DNA from: an uncultured virus (IMG/VR IMGVR_UViG_3300030107_004497)
Taxonomy: Duplodnaviria; Heunggongvirae; Uroviricota; Caudoviricetes; Crassvirales
Direction: 5' to 3' (one strand)
IMG/VR virus record: IMGVR_UViG_3300030107_004497
DNA length: 64,000 bases
In this document: piece after piece, positions 36,651-48,396 of the stretch
How the letters are laid out: every line of letters starts with the position of its first letter
Numbering within the stretch: the stretch's first letter is position 1
Made by a program: the position numbers and the translations under genes
Notes under the pieces: model-generated
The model's database searches: none
Seen by the model: the letters and a program-made list of their open reading frames with translations, nothing else
Told to the model about the DNA's origin: nothing

Positions 36651-39600
36651 ATGCCTGAATTAAAAAATACTTTTACAGGGGGTCGAATGGAGAAAGACCT
36701 CGATGAAAGAATAGTGCCTAGAGGTTTATATAGAGAGGCGCTAAATATTGACGTGTCTAATTCTGAAGACTCAGATGTAGGTGCTGCTCAAAATATATTA
36801 GGTAATTTAAAAGTAACAGAAGCAATACAAGGAGATAAAGGTGATTATATAGTAGATCAAATAACACCTAATTGTACTTACACTCCTAGTCAAAATGTAA
36901 ATGGTAGATATTACGGTACTAATTATCATATAGCCTCAACTATAAATCCTCAAACAGATATGATTTATAGATTTGTTAGTACTACACCAGATGCTAATAA
37001 TAGACATGGTGTTTGGATGGATCGAATAGTAGAATATAACACTACTAAAGTATTAAGTGATTTATGGTGGCAAAAAGAAAGGTCTATATTTGTTGATATA
37101 TATAAAATTCAAACAGAAGTATACGAAATAGATCCGTTATCAGGATCTTTTAGCGGTTGTGATCAATCAATAATACATGTATGTACCAATTCTTTTCAAT
37201 TAAGATGGGGTATGATTATTCGTGATGACAATGGTAATATACCCGCTAATAAAGATGTGTTTATTGAAAAAATAGTTTATAGTGGTGATATAGCTATATT
37301 AACATTAAGTGAAAACATAGATACTTATTTAACTCAATGGGACACTATTTCTTTTCATGGTGATAGAGTTTTAAACTTTCATCCAACTAGAAAAATAACA
37401 GGTATTAATATAATTGATGATATGCTTTTTTGGACAGATAATTATTCTGAACCAAAAAAAGTAAATATAGCTAGAGATAGAGTTGGTTCTAATAGTAGTT
37501 TATATGGTTCTGGTTGGGATCATAGTGGTGGTATACCTAGAACCTATGGCTGCGACCCTAGTGGAACTCAAGTTTGCTTTTCAGATTTTGATCAACATAC
37601 TAAATTAATAGTAAAAACTTCTGTAGCTAGAGAATGTAATAAGAAAACAGACGCTTGTCCCGTTACTGGTTGTACCAATCCTTTAGCGGTTAACTATGAT
37701 CCTTTTGCAACTATAGACGATGGGTCATGCTCAATGCCTACATATGGATGTACAGATCCTTTAGCTTGTAATTTTGGTACATTTGATTTTCTTTGTGATG
37801 CACAAGCTGTGCTTGATGGTAACTGTACAAATGTTGACGAGTGTGATTTTACCTCTTGCACAGGATGCACAGATTCAGGAGCTGTAAATTATGATGCAAG
37901 CGCAACAATTGATGATGGTAGTTGTGAGTATTATTATACTTGTGTAAACGGTTTTCAAATTATTAATTGTGCTTGGCCGTTTAATGGTACACCCCGAACT
38001 CTTGTTAGTAATATGACGATAACAAGTCCTCAAACTTTCTTAGATTATATGACTATTTCTATGAATGCTGTAGAATTGGGATCGGTATATTTTTACAATC
38101 AACTTGCTTCAGCAACCGCAACTGATCACTGTTTTAATCCAAATTGGTTTCCAACATCACCAACTGGAGGTGAATTAACAATAATAACCGATATACACTT
38201 AGAAGAATTAGATGATTCAGGGGCTTATGTTCAAACATTATACTCTTGGGATTTAACAAACACAGCAACTACTTCATGGGGTAATATTATTGGTGATATT
38301 AGAGTTGGTACCGGGGGTTGGCATAGTGGAACGTTAGATGGCAATGTAGACCTAAATTGGAACTCTAATCAAGTTAATGTTAATATAAATTTAGACTGGA
38401 ACCAACTTAATACTATTTTAAACGCTGGACTTGTTGGTAATTCATATCCTAACGCAAGACTTTACTCAAGGCTTACTTTTGAAGTAAGTGAATGCAACTG
38501 TACAAACGAACAACTATGGAGCGGTGATCCTAATTTTTCAGCAATACCAGCAACGTATTATGTAGATACGTGTTTACAAGATGATAACTCTACAAATGAT
38601 TTACTTACTTGTCAAACTTTATGTGTGGACCATTGTACTGCCTGTCAAAATGATCCAAGTGTTTGTAATAATGGTACGTCAACCGTGTATGGTTGTACTG
38701 ATCCTTCTATGTTTAATTACGATCCAACTGCTGATTGTGATTGTGATACAGATGCTCTTAATAATGGATATTGCACAGTTAATGATATGTGTATTCCTAT
38801 TTTAACTGGTTGTATGGATCCAAATGCTCTTAATTACAACGCAACCGCTAATGTAAGTAGTGGTACATGTATATATACTGGATGTACGGATCCTACCGCA
38901 ACTAACTATGATCCAAACGCAAGTATCGATGATGGTTCATGTGCATACGCGTGTAGTGGAAGCACTTCTGTGCCAGATCAAGTATTAGAAGATGTTTTAG
39001 AAGGAGGTCCTATAGGAGCAAGTAGTAGTCAAGATGACGGTTGGTTTGATGTAGCAACCTATGGTAGTGGCAATGAATGTGATAGTGCAACTGGTACTAA
39101 TTGCGACGGACTTTTCTACAACATAAATAATCAACTACAAGATCCTCAAGGTAATTATTATAATTGTTGTACTTATCCAAATAAAATAACGCTTGACGGA
39201 GAAGGTATTGCTAATACAACGGGGTTAGAAGTGTTTACTAACGTATGGCAAGTTTTAAACAAAAACAACCCTATGACAACTCATCATGTCTTTAACCATC
39301 CTGTTTGTCGAAACTTTCATTTATTTGGAACATCACAAAATGCTTTAACTGCAGATTCTTGGTATGACACAGCTACTAACACGCAATTAATGCCTGCATT
39401 AAAATGGTTTGACATGGGTAACAATCATCTTACCGTTGGTAGTTTAGATGAAAATACTTTTGACTTTGGTAGTTCTGTTAATGATGTCTGGATACGTAAT
39501 GGTGGACCAAACGGTAATCTAGGAGGGTTTTTAACTGGCGCTACAAACTTACAATATATTTCAATTGCTCATAATAGCGTAAAAGTTTTAGATCTTAAAG

Positions 39601-40196
39601 ACGCTCCAAACGTAGTAGGAATTAATGCTATTAATAATGGAGATTTTAGACAATTGTATTTAGGACAAACAGATGCAGAGACGCTTTTACAAATGTCACA
39701 TTTAAAAACTCCAGAGTTTGATTTAAACGCTTTAATGGATGATGACACAGCGCAACAACTAATGACATGGTATCCGGCTACTTATGGTAATGGTAAGATA
39801 AGTATTTATTCAACTGGAACACATGGAGGCTTGAGATTTGTTGGGACTGATGCCACCAATACTGGTGGTGCAGATGGTATACTGGTCCATCCTGTTTATG
39901 TAAAAATTATAGTTGGTACTCATAGTGTAACCTGCGATGATACTATGTATCCTGGTTGTAGTGGTTGGAATGCTGGATCGGACACTGGTTCTGTAAAAGA
40001 TTTTTGCAATTGGATAGGTAGTCAAGGCGGTTGGTATTTAGATGAACCAGGTATGGGTGGTATGGTAACTAAAAACAATTGGTATTATTACTTTGACGCT
40101 AATGCATCAAACCCAGCTGCTGTTACGTGGACCGGTATGATCGAGGCTAAAGCCGTTGAGTTTTGCGCTACTTGGGATGGAACAACATGTACTTAA
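36651..40196 (+). CDS. Muzzle/stabilisation protein N-terminal part fused to Cys-rich repeats and an LRR-like segment
   Basis: F..GRM.KDLDERIVP.G.YR.ALN, ITGINIIDDMLFWTDN..EPKK; six GC(T/M)(D/N)..A.NY repeats. Confidence 0.7.
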   Translation: MPELKNTFTGGRMEKDLDERIVPRGLYREALNIDVSNSEDSDVGAAQNILGNLKVTEAIQGDKGDYIVDQITPNCTYTPSQNVNGRYYGTNYHIASTINPQTDMIYRFVSTTPDANNRHGVWMDRIVEYNTTKVLSDLWWQKERSIFVDIYKIQTEVYEIDPLSGSFSGCDQSIIHVCTNSFQLRWGMIIRDDNGNIPANKDVFIEKIVYSGDIAILTLSENIDTYLTQWDTISFHGDRVLNFHPTRKITGINIIDDMLFWTDNYSEPKKVNIARDRVGSNSSLYGSGWDHSGGIPRTYGCDPSGTQVCFSDFDQHTKLIVKTSVARECNKKTDACPVTGCTNPLAVNYDPFATIDDGSCSMPTYGCTDPLACNFGTFDFLCDAQAVLDGNCTNVDECDFTSCTGCTDSGAVNYDASATIDDGSCEYYYTCVNGFQIINCAWPFNGTPRTLVSNMTITSPQTFLDYMTISMNAVELGSVYFYNQLASATATDHCFNPNWFPTSPTGGELTIITDIHLEELDDSGAYVQTLYSWDLTNTATTSWGNIIGDIRVGTGGWHSGTLDGNVDLNWNSNQVNVNINLDWNQLNTILNAGLVGNSYPNARLYSRLTFEVSECNCTNEQLWSGDPNFSAIPATYYVDTCLQDDNSTNDLLTCQTLCVDHCTACQNDPSVCNNGTSTVYGCTDPSMFNYDPTADCDCDTDALNNGYCTVNDMCIPILTGCMDPNALNYNATANVSSGTCIYTGCTDPTATNYDPNASIDDGSCAYACSGSTSVPDQVLEDVLEGGPIGASSSQDDGWFDVATYGSGNECDSATGTNCDGLFYNINNQLQDPQGNYYNCCTYPNKITLDGEGIANTTGLEVFTNVWQVLNKNNPMTTHHVFNHPVCRNFHLFGTSQNALTADSWYDTATNTQLMPALKWFDMGNNHLTVGSLDENTFDFGSSVNDVWIRNGGPNGNLGGFLTGATNLQYISIAHNSVKVLDLKDAPNVVGINAINNGDFRQLYLGQTDAETLLQMSHLKTPEFDLNALMDDDTAQQLMTWYPATYGNGKISIYSTGTHGGLRFVGTDATNTGGADGILVHPVYVKIIVGTHSVTCDDTMYPGCSGWNAGSDTGSVKDFCNWIGSQGGWYLDEPGMGGMVTKNNWYYYFDANASNPAAVTWTGMIEAKAVEFCATWDGTTCT

Positions 40197-40214
40197 TAAT
40201 AATAAACTAAAAAT

Positions 40215-43200
40215 ATGCCTGAATTTAATGATCCGTTTGCTTTAAATGCTATAATATCTAACGCGGAAAGCCAAAATACATACGCTAGTTTAAGCTCGTA
40301 CAACGCTGTTGTTAACGTGGAGCCCATTATTAATGAGACTCCACCACCTGTTGTGTTTCCAGTAAGAGGTAGTGAAGGTTTAGAACCTGATGGCTTATTT
40401 AATTATGAATGTAGACCATTATATAAATTAGAAAAACATGTTTCAGTTATTAGAAAAGGTCCTACAATGCCTCCAAAAATACAAATGTATAGTTGGGAAG
40501 ACGAAGATGATATAAGTCAAGGTGGTGCTGGTGACGATTCTATATCTGTTGAAACATCTTTTAACGGCGCTGACATGCCTCAAAAAGCTAATCATGAGAT
40601 TATTGGTTTTAATGGTGTACAAGATACACATACTTATGGTACAGCTATTGATTTAGGTGATAAAAGTATATTTTATAATGAGTTTAGAATAATAAAAGAC
40701 GTAGGCGATACTATTATATTACCAATAACAAATCCATTAGATATGGATTGGGATATTAATATGGTGCTTAAAGTAACACATCAATATATAGATAATTTTA
40801 ACAATACCCAAACCGCTACTTGTAGATGCGCTGTTACAAATCTTAATTATACAAACGTATTTATAAATAACCCTCCTAATTTTAACGCTAATTTCAGTGG
40901 TGTTACAGCCACGTATAATACTGATGGTCCATTTATAACACCAGGTGGTGTAGAGTGTACTATATTAGCCATATCACCTAACTTTCCTGTTAATGCAATT
41001 ACGATAAACGATGTGTATACGGTTTCTGCTGAATTACCAGAGCCTTTATTTGAATTTAAGTTTACAAGATTTGCTTATAGATATAAATATGACGATGGTG
41101 AATACTCTGTATTTAGTCCTTGGTCTGAGGTAGCTTTTATGCCCTCTGATTTTGATTTTTTACCTAAAAAAGGTTATAACCTAGGTATGGTTAATAATAT
41201 GAGAACATTAAAAGTTCTTGATTGGAATCCAAAAGATAGACCTAGAGACGTTGTTGAAATAGATATTTTATACAAAGAATCAAACTCACCCAACGTATAC
41301 ACTGTAGAAACATTTAAGCCAGATCAATTAGGGCCAGGTGGTACACCTGCTGATAACCCTTGGAATACTGGTGGGACTGGTGGACACAAGGGGAGATATA
41401 GTGTAACATCTGAATTAATACACAAAACACTACCATCTAATCAAATGTTAAGACCTTGGGATAATGTCCCTAGAAAAGCATTAGCACAAGAAATAACTGC
41501 TAATAGATTAATATATGGTAATTATGTTCAAAATTATGACAATGTAGATGTTACTACCGGAGATCCTATTGCTCCTAGTTTTAGTTTAGCTGTAGATAAA
41601 TTTAATTATTCTATAGATAGTAATATTGAAGACTTATCAAAACAACCTTTAAAATCTTTAAAATCAATGCGAACATACCAGCTTGGTGTTGTTTACAGAG
41701 ATAGATATGGTAGAGAAACACCTGTTTTAACATCACAATCTGGTTCTATTGAAATACCTAAGGTTGACTCTAAAATGCAAAATAGAATAAGTATTGGATT
41801 AACTTCTTCTCCTCCTAGTTGGGCTGAATCATATACTTTTTATATAAAAGAAACATCTAATGAATATTATAATCTAGCAATGGATAGGTGGTATGACGCT
41901 GAGGATGATGGTATTTGGATATCTTTTCCTTCTTCTGAAAGAAATAAGGTTAGTGAAAGAAGTATACTTTTACTTAAAAAACAACACGATAGTGATGTTC
42001 CAGTAAGTTCTAATATAAAATATAAAGTATTAGATATAAAAAACAATGCCCCAACTTTTATAAAAACAGAATATCAATATTGGGGAGCCATACCAATGAT
42101 GCCAACTCCTCCTGGTTGGGGAGAAGAAACAAACGCTGGTACACTTGATACTGGTATGTTCCATGTAACTGGATTACCATTACCAAATAGATTGTATATA
42201 GATGTTTATGCTGAGTATTTCGATCAATCAGTATTACACGGATTAACAAATAAAAGTGGTGCGCAAGTAAGAATAACACAAAGCGGTGAGGGTACAGCCA
42301 CTGGTTATAATATGCCAGCTAGTGCAACAACAAATAAATCTTTATGGTATGATGTAGCTAAAATTAGTTATATAGGTTCTCCGGCGGAAACATATATAGA
42401 TATTGTAGATGCTCCATCTGGAGGTGGTAGTGTTGAAATAGAAAAAGAAATACCTGGTCAAGCTGAACAAATAGTTAGAATTACTTTAGAAAACATAATG
42501 GGTAATGATTTAGGTTTTTGTGAGCCAGACTCATCAACATCTTTATCAATAGCAAACGGTATATCATTAGAAGCAAGAACAAAAATAGTAAAAGAAAAAG
42601 CTCAATTTGAAGGTAGATTTTTTGTTAAAATATTTAGAGATCCAGAAATAACAGAACATATAGTTAGAAACTCTCAAAAAGCAGAAGATGCTTACCAAGT
42701 TTTAGCATCTAGAGATATTAGATATATATCTATAGCTAACCCTGGTGTTCAAGAATGGAGAACAGATGCCGCTAATACTTATGGAGCATACAGAACATCT
42801 CAAGGAGATCCGGCTAGATGGTCTGGTAATTTAGATGAAGTAGGAAGTGCCTCTAGTTACAACTACATACCTATAAACAAACAGTGGCAACATGTAAATG
42901 TTGGCAATATTAAGGTAGAAGTTAGTAGTTTACACGAGAACGCTGGGGCAGCGGAATATTATGACAGTGCTAACGTATTAAGCACTCCACCTCAAGATCC
43001 AACAATGGACTGTACTTGGCCGGCGGGCCCTGGTTATTTTTCTAATCAAGATTATACTAGTGGTTGGTTTTTTAGAAAGTTTTATGATTTTATAAACCTT
43101 GATATATCCAGAGATTTTGCTGATCACAAACAGAATACAATATCAACACCTGCATACTCAACTTGGTTAGAGCCAGACACACAAAGTGCAACGCCTAGTC

Positions 43201-46200
43201 CACATCACGCTGGTAATACATACACTGGTGGTTCTATATGGCCCGACTGTTCGGACACTCAAAATAATTGGCCTTCATTTTACGTTAATGATCATGAGCC
43301 AGTGACGTGTGGTGGTACTGATTTACCTTGTAGTACCATCGATACAACTTGGTGTACCAACGAGCAGTTAACTGGTGATGGTAGTTTAGTTCTGTCTTTA
43401 CATAACCACCAACTTGTTAATCCTCAAGTTAGTGGAGATGGTGCTCCTGGATACAAACATGAAAAAGGTGGGGCAAACCCATTACAAGTACCAGCTATTT
43501 GGGGTGACCAACAAGATTTATTAGGATATACTGGTAACGCTGGTTCTCCTACAGCTTTAACTGACAACGGTGATGTTACAATAACTAGAACATATCCAGC
43601 TACTTGGCAAATAGATACAATTGAAAAATTAAGAAGCGGTTGGTATTATTTATTTCATGGTAGAGATAAAGTTGCTGATGATTGGCCAGTAAGTAGATTT
43701 TCGTCTCAAAGATGGTTTTTTGACAAAGTTGGGTCTGCTAATAAATATTCTGGTAATGGTATTTGGGATGAAACTATTGGCGGTGTAACTGTTTCTAAAA
43801 TAGATTTAGGTTTCTATGGTATAGGTACGCTAACCACTGACCATAGATCACATGAAATGGCAACACATCAAGATGCAGAGCAAGCTTTTGGTGAGCTTAT
43901 GGCCACTCCTGGTACTCAATTTAGATTTAGACAAGATCCAAACCAAATAGTTTATACTGTAACAAACTCAAAAATAGAAGATTATATATTTAACTACGAA
44001 ACGGCGCATGGTAGTTGGAGTGCTAAAGATGGTACAGATGCAAGTGGAAATACAATCTTTGTGGGTGGTGGTGGAATAGGAGATGACGCTAACGCACCTT
44101 CATCTTCTTTATATCTAAAAACAATGTTTATATCTGACATGTTTAATTTTAAAAGAGAATTACAAGGTGGCGCTATGTATAATTATAGAGTTAGAGTAAC
44201 ACTTACCTTAGATAAACAGATAGGTAGCGAAGGGATAAGTCTTGGTACAGCTAACATAGGTTTTCACCCATTAAAAAACCATGTTAATATTGATGGTAAT
44301 TGCAATATAAAAGAAGGACCTCAAATATATTCAATGTTAGGCCCAAGTCCAAGCGATGGTTGGAGAGCTGAAGCTAATTGGTTTCCTTCTGCAATTGGTG
44401 GAACTCAAAATGTATACAGATTTTATAATTTAAGTAGTTATTGGAATTATATTGACCCAAGCACACCGGGTGTACCACCAGCAAGTGGTCAAAGTAGTGA
44501 TATGGGAGTTGGAGATATTGATGGTCAACATTTTGGATTACACGAAAGAGGATTAAATACAACGACAATAGAAGTTATATCCCCTTATAAAGGCGATGAA
44601 GGTGTAAAAAGAATGAGTAACAATCCAGCTATTTGGGAAACAGAACCAATGGAAGATGTTGGGTTAGATATATATTATGCGGCGAGTCCAACATATCCTA
44701 TAAAATTAAGTAGATTTAGATCAGATTTAAACCAACCAGACACTTTAGATGTTGATGTTTTAGGAAACACAACAGAAGCCCATTATTTTGATTATGGTTG
44801 GAGAGGTGAAGAGATAGTTCCTGTTGGGTGTATAGCAAAAGCTAGCGGTGTTACACCTGGGCATACATACACTCTTACTGGTGGTGTTGTTAATGGTGTT
44901 CAAGGTGATTTAGTGTGGGTACAAGGAGCTATGAAGCTAGATGCCTCTATGAATGCCGTTTCTTTAACGGTAGGTGATAAAGTTAGATTTGAGTGGAATG
45001 GAGAGGGTAGTTGGTATGGTGCAAAACAAGATCCTCAATTTATAGAAGCTGATGTTTTAGGTGGTATTGACACCACTTTGTTCAGAATACAATCGAATAC
45101 ACACAACAATAGACGTAGTTTAAATTATTTTAATTGTTACAGTTTTTCTAATGGTGTAGAGTCTAATAGAGTAAGAGATGATTATAACGCTGTTCAAATC
45201 GATAAAGGTGTTAAGGCGTCTATGCCGTTAGCAACGCCTTATGAAGAAGAAAGAAGAGCTAGCAGTTTAATATTTTCTGGTATATATAATTCTACAAGTG
45301 GTATTAATAACACTAATCAATTTATACAAGCTGAACCTATAACTAAAGATATAAACCCTATAAACGGTAGTATTCAAAAGTTATTTGCTAGAGATACTGA
45401 TTTGGTTACGTTTTGTGAAAATAAAGTATTTAAAATATTAGCTAAAAAAGATGCTTTATTTAATGCTGACGGTAATACCAATGTGACTTCTAACCAAGCT
45501 GTACTAGGACAATCTATACCTTTTACTGGTGAGTACGGTATATCTAGAAATCCAGAAAGTTTTGCTTCTGAATCATACAGAGTTTATTTTACGGATAAAT
45601 CAAGAGGAGCTGTTTTAAGATTATCTAGAGATGGTATAACACCTATATCTGAAGCTGGTATGAAAGATTGGTTTAAAGACAATTTATTTAGAGCAACAAA
45701 TTTAATAGGTAGTTTTGATGATAGACAAGGACATTATAACTTAACTTTAGAATCTATAGATGGTGACGGTATTAATTATGCTTATACTGCTAGTTACACT
45801 GAAGAGAAAAGAGGTTGGGTTAGTTTTAAAAGTTTTATACACCAAGACGGTTTAAGTCATAAAAATGTATATTATACGTTCCCTTCTACTAATTATAGCT
45901 TAAATACTGGTCTTGATCCTTGGGGTGATCCGTATTCAGATACTGGTGTTAACACAGCTGAATTACATCAACATCACGTAGATATAACTACAAAAAGATT
46001 AGTTACTTCAACCGCTCTTGCTGGAAGCGCTATGTTTGCAGTTTCTATTGGTCCCGGTATGATTTTACCAGGAATGAACGTTGAAGGTAATGGAATACCT
46101 TATGGCACAACAGTTAGTGGTTATGATGAGGGAAGTGGTTTAGTAGGTTTATCGATACCTAATTATGCAACTTCTGCTTGGCCTATAGCTGGGGATGAAA

Positions 46201-46628
46201 TAACATTTACTTCGCCTAGAAACATGTTTTATGATAATACCAGTCCTAGATACTCAATGGTAAAAACAGTATTTAATCAAGATCAAGGAACTGTCAAACG
46301 TTTTAAAACAATAAATTATGAAGGTACACAAGGACAAGTTGTTCCAAAAGGTGGTGCTCTTAATACGGTTAATCAATATCAAATACATGATTCTTTTAGC
46401 GGCGTACAACATAACACGGGGTATATAATAGAAGATAACTTTCAAAAAGACGGTTGGTATGTACACAATTTAAAAACAGATATACAAGAAGGAACTATTA
46501 GAGAGTTTGCAAAAAAAGAAAACAAATGGTTTGATTATATAAAAGGTGTTGATAAAGGTGGTGGTGATAATTTAGATACTGGTGATTTTTCACTACAAGG
46601 ATTAGGTTTTGCAACAACAATACTATAG
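40215..46628 (+). CDS. Muzzle/stabilisation protein, main C-terminal part
   Basis: FAYRYKY.DGEYS, NRLIYGNY, NGVESNR.RDD.N, GSIQKL..RDTDL, YGIS.NPESFA, GWVSFKS, KENKWF.YI.G. Confidence 0.75.
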   Translation: MPEFNDPFALNAIISNAESQNTYASLSSYNAVVNVEPIINETPPPVVFPVRGSEGLEPDGLFNYECRPLYKLEKHVSVIRKGPTMPPKIQMYSWEDEDDISQGGAGDDSISVETSFNGADMPQKANHEIIGFNGVQDTHTYGTAIDLGDKSIFYNEFRIIKDVGDTIILPITNPLDMDWDINMVLKVTHQYIDNFNNTQTATCRCAVTNLNYTNVFINNPPNFNANFSGVTATYNTDGPFITPGGVECTILAISPNFPVNAITINDVYTVSAELPEPLFEFKFTRFAYRYKYDDGEYSVFSPWSEVAFMPSDFDFLPKKGYNLGMVNNMRTLKVLDWNPKDRPRDVVEIDILYKESNSPNVYTVETFKPDQLGPGGTPADNPWNTGGTGGHKGRYSVTSELIHKTLPSNQMLRPWDNVPRKALAQEITANRLIYGNYVQNYDNVDVTTGDPIAPSFSLAVDKFNYSIDSNIEDLSKQPLKSLKSMRTYQLGVVYRDRYGRETPVLTSQSGSIEIPKVDSKMQNRISIGLTSSPPSWAESYTFYIKETSNEYYNLAMDRWYDAEDDGIWISFPSSERNKVSERSILLLKKQHDSDVPVSSNIKYKVLDIKNNAPTFIKTEYQYWGAIPMMPTPPGWGEETNAGTLDTGMFHVTGLPLPNRLYIDVYAEYFDQSVLHGLTNKSGAQVRITQSGEGTATGYNMPASATTNKSLWYDVAKISYIGSPAETYIDIVDAPSGGGSVEIEKEIPGQAEQIVRITLENIMGNDLGFCEPDSSTSLSIANGISLEARTKIVKEKAQFEGRFFVKIFRDPEITEHIVRNSQKAEDAYQVLASRDIRYISIANPGVQEWRTDAANTYGAYRTSQGDPARWSGNLDEVGSASSYNYIPINKQWQHVNVGNIKVEVSSLHENAGAAEYYDSANVLSTPPQDPTMDCTWPAGPGYFSNQDYTSGWFFRKFYDFINLDISRDFADHKQNTISTPAYSTWLEPDTQSATPSPHHAGNTYTGGSIWPDCSDTQNNWPSFYVNDHEPVTCGGTDLPCSTIDTTWCTNEQLTGDGSLVLSLHNHQLVNPQVSGDGAPGYKHEKGGANPLQVPAIWGDQQDLLGYTGNAGSPTALTDNGDVTITRTYPATWQIDTIEKLRSGWYYLFHGRDKVADDWPVSRFSSQRWFFDKVGSANKYSGNGIWDETIGGVTVSKIDLGFYGIGTLTTDHRSHEMATHQDAEQAFGELMATPGTQFRFRQDPNQIVYTVTNSKIEDYIFNYETAHGSWSAKDGTDASGNTIFVGGGGIGDDANAPSSSLYLKTMFISDMFNFKRELQGGAMYNYRVRVTLTLDKQIGSEGISLGTANIGFHPLKNHVNIDGNCNIKEGPQIYSMLGPSPSDGWRAEANWFPSAIGGTQNVYRFYNLSSYWNYIDPSTPGVPPASGQSSDMGVGDIDGQHFGLHERGLNTTTIEVISPYKGDEGVKRMSNNPAIWETEPMEDVGLDIYYAASPTYPIKLSRFRSDLNQPDTLDVDVLGNTTEAHYFDYGWRGEEIVPVGCIAKASGVTPGHTYTLTGGVVNGVQGDLVWVQGAMKLDASMNAVSLTVGDKVRFEWNGEGSWYGAKQDPQFIEADVLGGIDTTLFRIQSNTHNNRRSLNYFNCYSFSNGVESNRVRDDYNAVQIDKGVKASMPLATPYEEERRASSLIFSGIYNSTSGINNTNQFIQAEPITKDINPINGSIQKLFARDTDLVTFCENKVFKILAKKDALFNADGNTNVTSNQAVLGQSIPFTGEYGISRNPESFASESYRVYFTDKSRGAVLRLSRDGITPISEAGMKDWFKDNLFRATNLIGSFDDRQGHYNLTLESIDGDGINYAYTASYTEEKRGWVSFKSFIHQDGLSHKNVYYTFPSTNYSLNTGLDPWGDPYSDTGVNTAELHQHHVDITTKRLVTSTALAGSAMFAVSIGPGMILPGMNVEGNGIPYGTTVSGYDEGSGLVGLSIPNYATSAWPIAGDEITFTSPRNMFYDNTSPRYSMVKTVFNQDQGTVKRFKTINYEGTQGQVVPKGGALNTVNQYQIHDSFSGVQHNTGYIIEDNFQKDGWYVHNLKTDIQEGTIREFAKKENKWFDYIKGVDKGGGDNLDTGDFSLQGLGFATTIL

Positions 46629-46631
46629 AAT

Positions 46632-48395
46632 ATGGCAAGAATAATATTAAAAACAAATTTAGCAAATACTACTTTTAGTGTAGAATCTAAAAGCATAGAA
46701 GTAACAAGAGGTGCTTCAACAACGCCAAACCCTATTGAACTATTAATATCTCCTAATAGTGGTTTCGCAATAGATTCTAATAATTTTACTAGTGGCGGTT
46801 TGCCTAGTCAAATATCTAGAATTTTATATAGAAATACGCAAGCTATTATTGATACCAATAATAAAGTTGTAGCAACAGTGTATTTTAACCAATTATCTGT
46901 TTATAGTGAATCAGAGTCTGTATTTTTACCAATAAGTGGATCTTCAGTAACAACATCAAATGAAATAATTTTAACAGAATCTTCACCTGTTGATGAAAAT
47001 TCAATTGTAATTTATTCTAATCAAAACAATAAACAAACGTCAACATCAACTGGTTCTATAAATAGAAATAATTATAGTATTAAAGGATCGCCAGGACAAA
47101 GTGTAAGTATTTTTTCTAAAACTATATCTGTACCAAGTGGTTATTATTTTTCTCAAGAACCTAAAGCTACATCAAACAGTGAACTAACAAGATATAAAAT
47201 AGATTCTACGGTTAATAAAGATGAAGATGGTAATATAATATCTAAAACATTTAATGTTTCTGCTATTTTCCCTTCATCACCTTTAAGAAAAAATTATAAT
47301 GATAATATTAGTTTTACTTATAGATCTTCTAAACTAAAAGATACGTATGGAAAATTATTAAGAGAGGATAAATTAGAAAAAGCAATATATGATATAGATA
47401 CTGGTAATACCATCGGTTCTGGTGGTGGTATAAAAAGAATTGCTATAAAAGGGGTTCCTGGAACGCCTTTTAAGGTTATTATATCTAACGCTAGTCAACA
47501 ATCTTATAATTTTGAAACTGGAGGTTTTGAAGATGGTGGTTTTTTATTAGAGGGCACGATACCCCCTACTAAAGCTGGTGTAGGTTATGGTGTTTATAAT
47601 GCCTCTATAGAAGTACCACCCTCGACAAGTGGTAATACTATAAGTACTACTTTAATATCAAACAATCCAGTTGATCACGAGGCTTTAAAAAATAAGTATG
47701 ACATTGGTGTTATTGGTGATGGTGGTTATAGAAACACAAGTACTAGTTCAGAAGTAAAAGCTGATGGTACTATTAGAGTTGCGTTAGTTAACGGTGGTGA
47801 ATCTGCATTTTATATAACTAAACCTATAACTGAAGGTGATCTTTTTACAGCGGATACTTTATATGAACATGAGGGTATTAGTTATTTTATAAGTGGTTTT
47901 TATGATGTAGGACCTAATGATTACGGATCTAGTGTTACTGGTTATTTAAGTGAAAGACCATTTAAAATATCTAATCTAAGTGGTGGGGGAACAAGTAACA
48001 CATTATCTTTTTTAATAACAACTACTGCGGAAAATAAGTTTATAAGAATAAATAGACAACCCGTGTTTAATCAAGACAAAGAGTTTATAAGATGGGATAG
48101 CGCGTTTGGTGCTGATGATACAAAAAGCTTTAATTCTGAAGGAGTTTCAATATTAACAGATATTGTTGATGGAGCAGACAGCACGTCTACTTTAGATTTT
48201 AAAGGGGCTAAACTTCAAATCGAGGCTGTTGTTGATCCAATTGGTGTTGGTGTTAAACATGATGTTAGTGATGCAGATGATTTACTTGCCTATAAGTTTA
48301 TGCGTATAACAATATCTGTAACAGGTACTTTTGGAGAAGGAAGTATAAAACCGGCTTTAAACTTAAAAAACTTTTTATCAATTTATACATTATAA
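46632..48395 (+). CDS. Putative tail structural protein
   Basis: Ser/Thr-rich beta protein within the tail block. Confidence 0.6.
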   Translation: MARIILKTNLANTTFSVESKSIEVTRGASTTPNPIELLISPNSGFAIDSNNFTSGGLPSQISRILYRNTQAIIDTNNKVVATVYFNQLSVYSESESVFLPISGSSVTTSNEIILTESSPVDENSIVIYSNQNNKQTSTSTGSINRNNYSIKGSPGQSVSIFSKTISVPSGYYFSQEPKATSNSELTRYKIDSTVNKDEDGNIISKTFNVSAIFPSSPLRKNYNDNISFTYRSSKLKDTYGKLLREDKLEKAIYDIDTGNTIGSGGGIKRIAIKGVPGTPFKVIISNASQQSYNFETGGFEDGGFLLEGTIPPTKAGVGYGVYNASIEVPPSTSGNTISTTLISNNPVDHEALKNKYDIGVIGDGGYRNTSTSSEVKADGTIRVALVNGGESAFYITKPITEGDLFTADTLYEHEGISYFISGFYDVGPNDYGSSVTGYLSERPFKISNLSGGGTSNTLSFLITTTAENKFIRINRQPVFNQDKEFIRWDSAFGADDTKSFNSEGVSILTDIVDGADSTSTLDFKGAKLQIEAVVDPIGVGVKHDVSDADDLLAYKFMRITISVTGTFGEGSIKPALNLKNFLSIYTL

Positions 48396-48396
48396 T

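Noticed and set aside
40194..40214. Stop-codon readthrough joining the two muzzle ORFs
   Set aside because: Four consecutive in-frame TAA codons.
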